Source: Alphaproteobacteria bacterium
GTDB taxonomy: Bacteria; Pseudomonadota; Alphaproteobacteria; Micropepsales; Micropepsaceae
Reading direction: 5' to 3'
DNA: 64,000 nt
Assembly (NCBI GenBank): GCA_019242275.1
Contig: JAFAVT010000077.1
Coordinates: 9,474-73,473, forward strand
Part shown: positions 32,031 through 39,775 of the stretch, in pieces
Layout: each line of letters begins with the position of its first letter
Numbering within the stretch: the first letter of the stretch is position 1
Program-made: the position numbers and the translations under genes
The notes under the pieces: generated by a model
Database searches by the model: none
What the model was told of the DNA's origin: nothing
The model's input: only the letters and a program-made list of their open reading frames with translations

Positions 32031-33952
32031 TGCCGGTCTTCGACAAGAAGGACAAGAGTCGTTACGCCGCCTTTACCCGCCGCACCCTGGGTATGGGCGG
32101 CGGCATGGCGGTCGTCTTCGCCGTGCTGGGCGGTCAGCTTTACAAGCTCCAGATTCTGGACGGCGAAGACTATAAGGTCCGGGCCGAGGACAATCGCGTT
32201 TCCGAGCGCCCGATTTCCCCGCCCCGCGGTCGGCTGGTGGATCGCTTCGGCACCGAACTGGCCAACAACCGGCGCAACTATCGCGTCCTGATCGTTTCCG
32301 AGCAGGCAACCGAGGGTGTGGCCGAAGCACTGGACGCCATCGGCAAGGTGATTGAACTCACCGATCAGCAGAAGAAGAAGGTGCTGGGCGAAATTGCCGC
32401 CAACAAGAAATTCGTCCCCGTCCCGGTGGCGGAAAATCTCAGTTGGGAGGAATTTTCTCGCCTCAATCTGCATTTGCCCTATTTGCCCGGTGTGCAGCCC
32501 GATGTCGGCGAAACGCGCGATTATCCCTTCGGCAAGGAGATGGTGCATGTGCTGGGCTATGTCGGCTCGGTGGCGCCGGAAGACATGGCCGGCGACGATG
32601 AACGCCTGCTGGACGTTCCCGGTTTCCGCGTCGGCAAGCGCGGCATTGAAAAGGCCTTCGACAAGGAAGTGCGGGGCAAGGCCGGCTACAGCAAGGTCGA
32701 GGTGGATGCTCATGGCCGCGTCATCCGCGAACTGGGCAAGGACCCAGGTATGGCCGGCCAGGATGTCTGGCTCACTCTGGACTGCGAGTTGCAGCGTTTC
32801 GCCGATCAGCGTCTGGGCGATGAAAGCGCTGCCGCGGTGGTTATGGATGTAGCGACCGGTGATGTCCTGGCGCTCTCCTCCACCCCCGGCTTTGATCCCA
32901 ACTGGTTCAATGTTGGCGTTACCGGCCCGCAATGGCGCGAACTCACCACCTCCGATTACAAGCCGCTGCTCAACAAGGTGATAAGCGGCATCTATCCGCC
33001 CGGCTCCACCTTCAAGACGGCGGTAGCGCTGGCGGCGCTGGAAGCCGGCATTGCCACCCCGGCCTATCACGTTACCTGCAGCGGCGTTTTCAATTTCGGT
33101 GGCCATGCCTTTCACTGCTGGCAGCACAAGGGTCATGGCACGCTGGACATCGAGGGCGGCATCAAGAATAGCTGCGACGTCTTCTTTTACGAAACCGCCC
33201 ACCGGGTCGGCATTGACGCTATCGAACAATCCGCCCGCAAGCTGGGGCTTGGCGCTCCCACCGGCATCGAACTGCCTGGCGAACATTCCGGCCTGATTCC
33301 TGGTCGCGCCTGGAAACAGAAAACCTACAAGCAGGTCTGGCAGCAGGGCGATACGCTCAGTGTCGGCATCGGCCAGGGCTATGTCACCGCCACGCCCTTG
33401 CAGCTTTGCCAGCAGGCGGCGCGCATCGCCAGCGGCAAGCAGGTGTCACCGCGGCTCGTGCATTCGGTGGGCAGCCGGGTTCTGCCGCGGGCCGAACCGG
33501 CGAAGCTGGATTTCACCGATGAGGCGCTGACCAAAGTGCGTGCCGGCATGAACAAGGTGATGAACGAGCCCGGCGGCACCGCATTTTCTTGGCGCATTCC
33601 CGATGCCGGTTTCGAGATGGCGGGCAAGACCGGCACGGCCCAGGTACGCGTCTATTCCCAGGCCGAGCACCAGGCCGGCATGAAGAGCAACGCCTCCTTG
33701 GACTGGAAGCTGCGCGACCATGCTTTGTTTATCGGCTTTGCCCCGGTGCAAGCGCCCAAATATGCCATTGTCTGCATGATTGAGCATGGCGCCGTCACCG
33801 CTCATCCCCATGTGCAGATGGCGCGCGACATCCTGCTCTTCGCCCAGAAGCGCGACACGCTGGGCAAGCCAACAGCCTATCCGGTGACGTCCGCGGCGGC
33901 CGCCCCGCCCGTCAAGGGCGCCGCCCTTGTCAGCGGCAAGGAGCCTGGCTGA
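32030..33952 (+). CDS. mrdA: Penicillin-binding protein 2 (elongasome transpeptidase)
   Basis: 640 aa. Transpeptidase motifs STFK (PPGSTFKT), SCD (KNSCDVFFY) and KTG (AGKTGTAQV) are present. Its start overlaps the mreD stop. Confidence 0.96.
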   Translation: MPVFDKKDKSRYAAFTRRTLGMGGGMAVVFAVLGGQLYKLQILDGEDYKVRAEDNRVSERPISPPRGRLVDRFGTELANNRRNYRVLIVSEQATEGVAEALDAIGKVIELTDQQKKKVLGEIAANKKFVPVPVAENLSWEEFSRLNLHLPYLPGVQPDVGETRDYPFGKEMVHVLGYVGSVAPEDMAGDDERLLDVPGFRVGKRGIEKAFDKEVRGKAGYSKVEVDAHGRVIRELGKDPGMAGQDVWLTLDCELQRFADQRLGDESAAAVVMDVATGDVLALSSTPGFDPNWFNVGVTGPQWRELTTSDYKPLLNKVISGIYPPGSTFKTAVALAALEAGIATPAYHVTCSGVFNFGGHAFHCWQHKGHGTLDIEGGIKNSCDVFFYETAHRVGIDAIEQSARKLGLGAPTGIELPGEHSGLIPGRAWKQKTYKQVWQQGDTLSVGIGQGYVTATPLQLCQQAARIASGKQVSPRLVHSVGSRVLPRAEPAKLDFTDEALTKVRAGMNKVMNEPGGTAFSWRIPDAGFEMAGKTGTAQVRVYSQAEHQAGMKSNASLDWKLRDHALFIGFAPVQAPKYAIVCMIEHGAVTAHPHVQMARDILLFAQKRDTLGKPTAYPVTSAAAAPPVKGAALVSGKEPG

Positions 33953-35106
33953 TGGCCCTGCGTGCCTACGCTGCCGCCAAGCGGACCTTGTCGGTGGCTG
34001 ACAAGCTGATGGACGTGAATTGGGGCCTGGTGCTGCTGATTACCCTGTGCGCCAGCGCCGGCATCGCCATGCTCTATTCGGTGGCCGGCGGCCATATGCA
34101 GCCATGGGCGCTGTCGCAGTTGGTCAAGTTCACCATCGGCTTTCTGGTGATGGTGGCGGTGGCGACCATTGATGTGCGGGTGTGGATGTCGCTCGCCTAT
34201 CCGGCTTACGCCCTGGCGCTGCTGCTGCTGGTGGCGGTGGTGGCCGTGGGCCATATGGGCCTTGGTGCCCAGCGCTGGGTCAATATCGGCGGCATGGATT
34301 TGCAACCGTCTGAACTGATGAAGGTCTCTTTGGTGCTGGCGCTTGCGCGCTTCCTGCACGGCAAGAGCGTGGAGGAAGTCTCCAAGCCCCTCAATCTCGC
34401 CATTGCGCTGGCGATGATCGCCATCCCCGCCATTTTCGTTGTGCTGCAACCCAATCTGGGCACTACCCTGATCATCATTGCCGACGGCTGCTCGCTGCTG
34501 TTCCTGGCAGGGCTTAGTTGGTGGTGGATAGCCCCCACCGTGGCCGGCGTCGCTGCCGCGGTGCCGCTGGCCTGGCGTTTTCTGCTGCATGACTACCAAA
34601 AGGCGCGGGTGGAGACCTTTCTCGATCCGGAAGCCGACGCCCTGGGCAAGGGCTGGAATATCACCCAGGCCAAGATCGCCATCGGCTCCGGCGGTCCCTC
34701 CGGCAAGGGGTTTTTGGGCGGCACCCAGAGCCGGCTCAACTTTCTCCCCGAGAAGCAGACTGATTTCATCTTCACCAATTTTGCCGAGGAGTTCGGCTTT
34801 GTCGGCTCGGTGGCGCTGTTGATCCTGTTTGCCGTCATCATTGGCTATGGCGTGCAGATCGCCATGAGCGCCCGCAGCCAGTTTGCCCGTCTGCTGGCCA
34901 TGGGCATCACCTTGAACTTCTTTTTCTACATCATGATCAATGGCGCCATGGTGATGGGCCTGATCCCGGTGGTGGGCATTCCCATGCCGCTGCTTTCTTA
35001 CGGTGGTTCGGCCATGCTGACAGTAATGTTCGGCTTTGGTCTTCTGATGAGCGTGCATATCCACCGGCAGGTGGAGATACCGCGACACAGCGGCGGGATT
35101 ATTTAG
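33952..35106 (+). CDS. rodA: Peptidoglycan glycosyltransferase RodA (SEDS family)
   Basis: 384 aa, polytopic. Motifs QPSELMK, PEKQTDFIF and IPVVGIPMPLLSYGGS. Its start overlaps the mrdA stop. Confidence 0.96.
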   Translation: MALRAYAAAKRTLSVADKLMDVNWGLVLLITLCASAGIAMLYSVAGGHMQPWALSQLVKFTIGFLVMVAVATIDVRVWMSLAYPAYALALLLLVAVVAVGHMGLGAQRWVNIGGMDLQPSELMKVSLVLALARFLHGKSVEEVSKPLNLAIALAMIAIPAIFVVLQPNLGTTLIIIADGCSLLFLAGLSWWWIAPTVAGVAAAVPLAWRFLLHDYQKARVETFLDPEADALGKGWNITQAKIAIGSGGPSGKGFLGGTQSRLNFLPEKQTDFIFTNFAEEFGFVGSVALLILFAVIIGYGVQIAMSARSQFARLLAMGITLNFFFYIMINGAMVMGLIPVVGIPMPLLSYGGSAMLTVMFGFGLLMSVHIHRQVEIPRHSGGII

Positions 35107-35228
35107 GTTTTCCTCTTTTGCTGAACCCCTCCGGTCCGGCCTTCGCGCTGCGCGCTCGGCGTGCGCGCGGCTTGGCCGCCCCGCTCACCCTTCGCTGGCT
35201 TAACCGCTGCGCTCGCCAGCTACGGGCA

Positions 35229-35265
35229 CCTCCCCTTCCTGTGCGCTACGCGCACGAAGGGGAGG
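35229..35265. repeat. Long GC-rich hairpin (CCTCCCCTTC..GTGCG-CTA-CGCAC-GAAGGGGAGG)
   Basis: Read directly. It lies downstream of rodA and belongs to the same CCCTCCC/GGGAGGG class as 5245-5470. It may act as a terminator. Confidence 0.7.
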
Positions 35266-35448
35266 CGGATAGTCGCCCGGCGGCTCCGCTGCCGGGCTCG
35301 AGAATTCCGGAACTGCCGGCATTGACGCTTAGCGAAGCGCTCGATTTCGCCTGACTTTTCAAAGATGTGGATCGGCGCCTAAGCCTGTGGACAGGGTGTA
35401 CCCCCTTGGCTATAAGCCGCCCTCCCGGTTCAAGGCCCAGACCGGCGT

Positions 35449-35524
<76 letters not shown>

Positions 35525-35684
35525 TTCCAAAGTCCTCACGACGACTTTTGAATCTCAGATGGCTGCCGCCGCGCGGCAATCGCACGCTTTACTTGCGCGC
35601 AATCCTTCCGACTCGTCGCCCTTTCTAATTCTGCGCGAACCGGCTTCACTGCCGCCCCGATTTGCCGCTCACGGAGACCTGGAA

Positions 35685-35915
35685 ATGTCCGAAATGCTCA
35701 AAAACACCGCGCCCGGCGCCTCCTGCGAGGATGTGGCGCTGAAGCTGCTTTACCTGGTGGCGTGGGGCGAAAATATTGACCTGGAGGGTTGGGCCAAGGC
35801 CGACCGCGACTGGATTTTGGGCACCTATGCCGAGTGCCTGAGGGCGGTGAAGGATCCCCAATCCCGCCCGCCGGTCGCCAAGCCGGCTTCTGTTGCAGTG
35901 CAACAGAAGGGTTAG
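35685..35915 (+). CDS. Hypothetical protein (76 aa)
   Basis: MSEMLKNTAPGASCEDVALKLLYLVAWGENIDLEGWAKADRDWILGTYAECLRAVKDPQSRPPVAKPASVAVQQKG. A GGAG lies upstream of ATG 35685. I recognise no motif. Confidence 0.45.
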   Translation: MSEMLKNTAPGASCEDVALKLLYLVAWGENIDLEGWAKADRDWILGTYAECLRAVKDPQSRPPVAKPASVAVQQKG

Positions 35916-36031
35916 GGCCTTTGGCCGCGCCTTGTGACTTTTTTGTAATGCTGTAAATCCGAGACCTGAACTTAACGTCAGCTTCGTTGGAGCGCTTATT
36001 CAAGCAAATGCATCAACCATGGGAGATGTGC

Positions 36032-36259
36032 ATGTCACGTGAGAAGACTCTTGAGAGCATCAGCAATGATCGTCGCGGCTTTTTCCGCACCCTGATGATC
36101 GGCGCCGGCGCTACCGCCGTTGCTCTGCCCCTGATGACCACCCAGTCGCTGGCGCAGAAGGATGGTGAAGACCCCGTCAACGGCAAGTGCGATGACGGCC
36201 TGATCGTCAGCAAGAAGACCGGCAAGTGCAAGGCCATCAAGAAGGCGCCGGCTCAGTAG
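36032..36259 (+). CDS. Small exported protein with twin-arginine (Tat) signal; 34-aa Lys-rich, 2-Cys mature part
   Basis: MSREKTLESISNDRRGFFRTLMIGAGATAVALPLMTTQSLA/QKDGEDPVNGKCDDGLIVSKKTGKCKAIKKAPAQ. It has the RRxFF Tat motif, a hydrophobic region and an SLA-Q cleavage-like site. A GGGAG Shine-Dalgarno lies 6 nt before ATG 36032. Confidence 0.6.
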   Translation: MSREKTLESISNDRRGFFRTLMIGAGATAVALPLMTTQSLAQKDGEDPVNGKCDDGLIVSKKTGKCKAIKKAPAQ

Positions 36260-36299
36260 AAAAAGCCTTCCGGCTGCGGCCGGACAGCTTGTTATAAGG

Positions 36300-36329
36300 C
36301 GGCCGCGCCTCTGGGGGGAGGCGCGGCCG
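36300..36329 (+). terminator. GC-rich hairpin between small Tat-peptide gene and methyltransferase gene
   Basis: Sequence c-GGCCGCGCCT-ctgggggg-AGGCGCGGCC-g followed by ttcttg. A second, smaller hairpin tCCGGC-tgcg-GCCGGa lies at 36269-36284. Confidence 0.5.
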
Positions 36330-36345
36330 TTCTTGCGAGGGCCTG

Positions 36346-37503
36346 ATGTCAAATCCCAAAGTCCATCCGGCGGTGCTGCTCTCGCCGGTCGAGGATGGTT
36401 ATGTCGCCTATGATCCGGTGGCGGACCGGCTGCACCAGCTCAATCCCGTCGCCGCCCTGTTGACCGAACTTTGCGACGGCAGCCGCAGCGTCGCGGAAGT
36501 GGCTGAACTGGCCTCGCCTTTCCTGCCGGAAGGCGAGACCGAGGCTGTGGCCAAATGGGTGGCCCAGGCGACCGAAGCCGGCCTTCTTACTGACGCAGCC
36601 GGCGACGGCGCGGCCGGCGAACTATCCGCCGCCGAGCTGTTCAAGCTGACCAAAAGATTGCGCGAACAAGGCAAGGCCCAGACGGCCCATATCTGCATCA
36701 AGCGGGTGGTGGAGCTTGAGCCGCAAAACAGCGAAGCGTGGTTCGATCTGGGTGAAATCACCCATTATCTTGGCCGCCGCGAAGAGGCTCGCGCCGCCTA
36801 TCAAAAGTATTTCGACGCCAATCCCCATGATGGCGAAGTCGAGCATCTGCTGATCGCGCTCAATGACGGGCCGCCCCCCGAGCGCGCTTCCGACCGCGCC
36901 ATCCAGCACATCTACAAGAATTTCGCCGCCAGCTATGAAAACCTGATGCTGCAGGACCTCAAATATGCCGGTCCCCAGCGCATGATGGAGGCGGTGCAAA
37001 GCGTCATCGGCGACCGTTCGGACATGACGATCCTGGATCTGGGCTGCGGCTCCGGCCTGGCCGGCGTGATGTTCCGGCCCCGCGCCGCCACCCTGGCCGG
37101 GGTGGATCTGTCGCCCGAAATGGTGGAGCTGGCGCGGGCCCGCAATCTTTATGACCGTTTGGAAGTTGGCGAGGTCACCCAATGGCTGAAGGACGGCGAC
37201 AGCCGCTTCGACCTCATCGTCAGCACCGATGTCATCATCTATTTCGGCGATCTCACCGCCATCATTGCCGCCGCCGCCCGACGCCTCAACCCGGGGGGCT
37301 ATTTTGCCTTTTCAACCGAGCTGGGAAAGAAGGCGCCTTTCCATCTCACCGACACCGGCCGCTACAGCCATCACCCTGACCATGTGCGCGCATGTGCCGC
37401 CGCCGCCGGACTGACAGTCTGCCGCATCAATGAAGGCTTCCTGCGCATGGAATATGGCGAGGAAGTGACGGGCCTTTTTGCCGTGCTGCAAAAGCCGGCT
37501 TGA
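36346..37503 (+). CDS. PqqD-like (RRE) domain - TPR - class I SAM-dependent methyltransferase fusion protein
   Basis: 385 aa. The N-terminal ~85 aa (VAYDPVADRLHQLNPVAALLTELCDGSRSVAEVAELASPFL...EAGLL) fit the PqqD family pattern. The middle is TPR-like (AHICIKRVVELEPQNSEAWFDLGEI..GRREEARAAYQKYFDANP). The C-terminus carries MT motifs ILDLGCGSGLAG, GVDLSPEM and FDLIVSTDVIIY. Confidence 0.75.
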   Translation: MSNPKVHPAVLLSPVEDGYVAYDPVADRLHQLNPVAALLTELCDGSRSVAEVAELASPFLPEGETEAVAKWVAQATEAGLLTDAAGDGAAGELSAAELFKLTKRLREQGKAQTAHICIKRVVELEPQNSEAWFDLGEITHYLGRREEARAAYQKYFDANPHDGEVEHLLIALNDGPPPERASDRAIQHIYKNFAASYENLMLQDLKYAGPQRMMEAVQSVIGDRSDMTILDLGCGSGLAGVMFRPRAATLAGVDLSPEMVELARARNLYDRLEVGEVTQWLKDGDSRFDLIVSTDVIIYFGDLTAIIAAAARRLNPGGYFAFSTELGKKAPFHLTDTGRYSHHPDHVRACAAAAGLTVCRINEGFLRMEYGEEVTGLFAVLQKPA

Positions 37504-37506
37504 GCG

Positions 37507-37899
37507 TTACGGCTTCTGTCCCTTCGGCAGGGCCGCGACTTCCGCGGGCGTCATCGGCGTCATGGCTTTGACGATGCAGGGCGTGGTGATGCCGATGCCG
37601 CTGCGCCTGAGCTTGAAGTCGAAATCCAACGCCGAGCAAATGCTGTCGCCGCGAAATCTGCTCACCAGCGACACATCGGGCTCGGAGAGGTCAACGCAAC
37701 GGCTGGCCAGGTCCAGGCGGTAAAATTTGTTCATGCCGACACGGATATACATGATCTTCTCGTCGGCGCTGGACTTCCAATTCTCGAACTGCCGCACAAA
37801 AAAGCATTCATTCTTTCGGACAGGTGTCTGGGCCGCTGCAGGCACCGCCAGCAGGACCGCCGCGCCGGCCAGCGCCGCTCTCAAGGTTGCTCCGCTCAT
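37507..37899 (-). CDS. Secreted 4-Cys hypothetical protein (resembles DUF6491-type proteins)
   Basis: 130 aa with signal peptide AVLLAVPAAAQ. The mature part has four Cys (NECFFVRQFENW...ASRCVDL...DSICSALD...TTPCIVKAM). Confidence 0.6.
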   Translation of the reverse strand: MSGATLRAALAGAAVLLAVPAAAQTPVRKNECFFVRQFENWKSSADEKIMYIRVGMNKFYRLDLASRCVDLSEPDVSLVSRFRGDSICSALDFDFKLRRSGIGITTPCIVKAMTPMTPAEVAALPKGQKP

Positions 37900-38000
37900 T
37901 TCACACCTCGATTTCCGGGCCCAAAACCGATGGGCCTCGCTCTAGCTTGGATTAACGCGCAGGGGCATGGCAAGGTGCTGCACAACCCAAGGAATATGCT

Positions 38001-38729
38001 TTGACCCAGACATTGAACGGCAAGACGGCCTTTATCACCGGCGCTGCTGCCGGCATGGGCCGCGCCATCGCCGAAACGTTCCTTGCCGCCGGCGCCCGCG
38101 TCATCGCCACCGACCGCAACGCGGCCGGCCTGGCCGGTGTCGGCAGCGAGCAACACGGCCTGGACGTGACCGACCCGGCCGCGGTTGACACCTTGGCCGC
38201 GCGTATCGGCCGGGTTGATATCCTGGTGAACTGCGCCGGTTTCGTGGAAACCGGCACCTTGCTGGAAAGCGAGGAAGAGCAGTGGCACAAATCCTTCGAA
38301 CTCAATGTCTTTGCCATGGCGCGCGTCACCAAGGCTTTTCTGCCGGCCATGCTGGCCAATGGCGGGGGCTGCATCATCAACATTGCCTCGGTGGCGGGAT
38401 CGGTGAAGGGCATTCCCAACCGCTGCATCTACAGCGCCAGCAAGGCGGCGGTGATCGGCCTGACCAAGTCGGTTGCGACCGACTATCTTTCCGGCGGCAT
38501 TCGCTGCAATGCTATTTGTCCTGGCACGGTTGACACACCATCGCTGCAACAGCGCCTGCGCGATATGGGCGATTATGAAGCGGCGCTGAAGGCCTTCAAC
38601 GCCCGCCAACCCATGGGCCGCATGGGCAGGGCCGGCGAGATCGCCGAACTGGCGCTTTATCTGGCCTCCGATGCCGGCGCCTTCGCCACCGGCCAGACCT
38701 TCATCATTGATGGGGGGCTTACCCTTTAG
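38001..38729 (+). CDS. SDR family NAD(P)-dependent oxidoreductase
   Basis: 242 aa: TGAAAGMGRAIA (TGxxxGxG), NIASVAG, and catalytic YSASKAAV (YxxxK). Confidence 0.9.
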   Translation: MTQTLNGKTAFITGAAAGMGRAIAETFLAAGARVIATDRNAAGLAGVGSEQHGLDVTDPAAVDTLAARIGRVDILVNCAGFVETGTLLESEEEQWHKSFELNVFAMARVTKAFLPAMLANGGGCIINIASVAGSVKGIPNRCIYSASKAAVIGLTKSVATDYLSGGIRCNAICPGTVDTPSLQQRLRDMGDYEAALKAFNARQPMGRMGRAGEIAELALYLASDAGAFATGQTFIIDGGLTL

Positions 38730-39702
38730 AAGCAGCGCGCTGGCTTTCGATCACCTGCCAAGCCAGCAACACCGGCACCGCCACCACCAGATCGCGCGCC
38801 CGCCGCAGCAGCGAAACCGCCAGGCCGATTTCCGGTGCCAGGCCGAACACCGGCGCCAGCAAAGCATAGCCGGCTTCCTGCACCCCGATCGCGGCGGGGA
38901 TAAAAACGGTGGCGCTGCGCAATCCTTCCAGCAGTGCCTGGATGGCAATCGCCTGCCACGGCCCGGGCGACAGCCCCATCACGGTCAGCACCGCCCACAG
39001 CCACAAGCCGCTGGCCATCCAGCCGGCCAGTTGCAGCAGGATGGAAAAGGCCAGCTTGCCCCGCCGCCGATAGATGCCGGTGATCAGCGTTCGGAAGGCT
39101 TCGGCATGATTGACGCGGCCGGCGAACAGTTTTTCCCCCAGCCGGCCGGCCCAGCGGCTGCCGCCGATCTGGCCTAAGGCAAAGCCGATGCTTCCCAGCG
39201 ACAGGAACAGCGCCCCTCCCAGCATCGCCCCGACATAGGGTGACAGCACCGCATTGGCCGTCAGCAGCTTCAGACTGGCCAAGACGCCCAGCAAAACATA
39301 AAGCCCCTGGGCAAAGGTCTCGGCGGTCAGGTCGGCAACCACCGCCGCCGAGGCAGGGGTTGCCGCCATGCCTCCCAGCACCAGCACCCGTGCAGCCAGC
39401 ACCACCCCGCCAAGCTGGGTGATGGGCAGCACGTCACTGGCGGAATCGCGCAACTGCCGCGCCGCCACAATCACCGACAGCGGCACGGGCCGCGGCAACA
39501 GCGGCACCAGGCCCAGGGCCAGCACAATCTCGGCCAGCAATCCCGCCGCGACGATGAGCGCAAAGCCGCCCATACCTGCCCGGGCCATCGCGGCGCGCAC
39601 CGTGGCAAGGTCGAATTGCAGCAGCACGGCGGCCAGCACTGCCGCCCCCAGCAGCAGTGCGGCAAGCAGCCGCCAGGTTGCGCTAAGACGAAATGGTTTC
39701 AT
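38719..39702 (-). CDS. Lysylphosphatidylglycerol-synthase-TM-region (UPF0104, flippase-like) family membrane protein
   Basis: Polytopic membrane protein of about 8 TM segments. The overall pattern resembles the LPG_synthase_TM family, without a C-terminal aminoacyl-transferase domain. The start is either ATG 39702 or GTG 39723, and the latter lies inside repeat A. Its 3' end overlaps the SDR gene by 11 nt. Confidence 0.6.
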   Translation of the reverse strand: MKPFRLSATWRLLAALLLGAAVLAAVLLQFDLATVRAAMARAGMGGFALIVAAGLLAEIVLALGLVPLLPRPVPLSVIVAARQLRDSASDVLPITQLGGVVLAARVLVLGGMAATPASAAVVADLTAETFAQGLYVLLGVLASLKLLTANAVLSPYVGAMLGGALFLSLGSIGFALGQIGGSRWAGRLGEKLFAGRVNHAEAFRTLITGIYRRRGKLAFSILLQLAGWMASGLWLWAVLTVMGLSPGPWQAIAIQALLEGLRSATVFIPAAIGVQEAGYALLAPVFGLAPEIGLAVSLLRRARDLVVAVPVLLAWQVIESQRAASKG

Positions 39703-39717
39703 CGAAGAAGGACGCTT

Positions 39718-39761
39718 CCTCACCCTTCGCCCTTCGACAAGCTCAGGAGGCTAGGGTGAGG
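39718..39761 (-). repeat. Dispersed palindromic repeat family A, half copy
   Basis: Sequence cctcacccttcgcccttcgacaagctcaggaggctagggtgagg. Confidence 0.7.
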
Positions 39762-39775
39762 ATATTATGCGCCTT

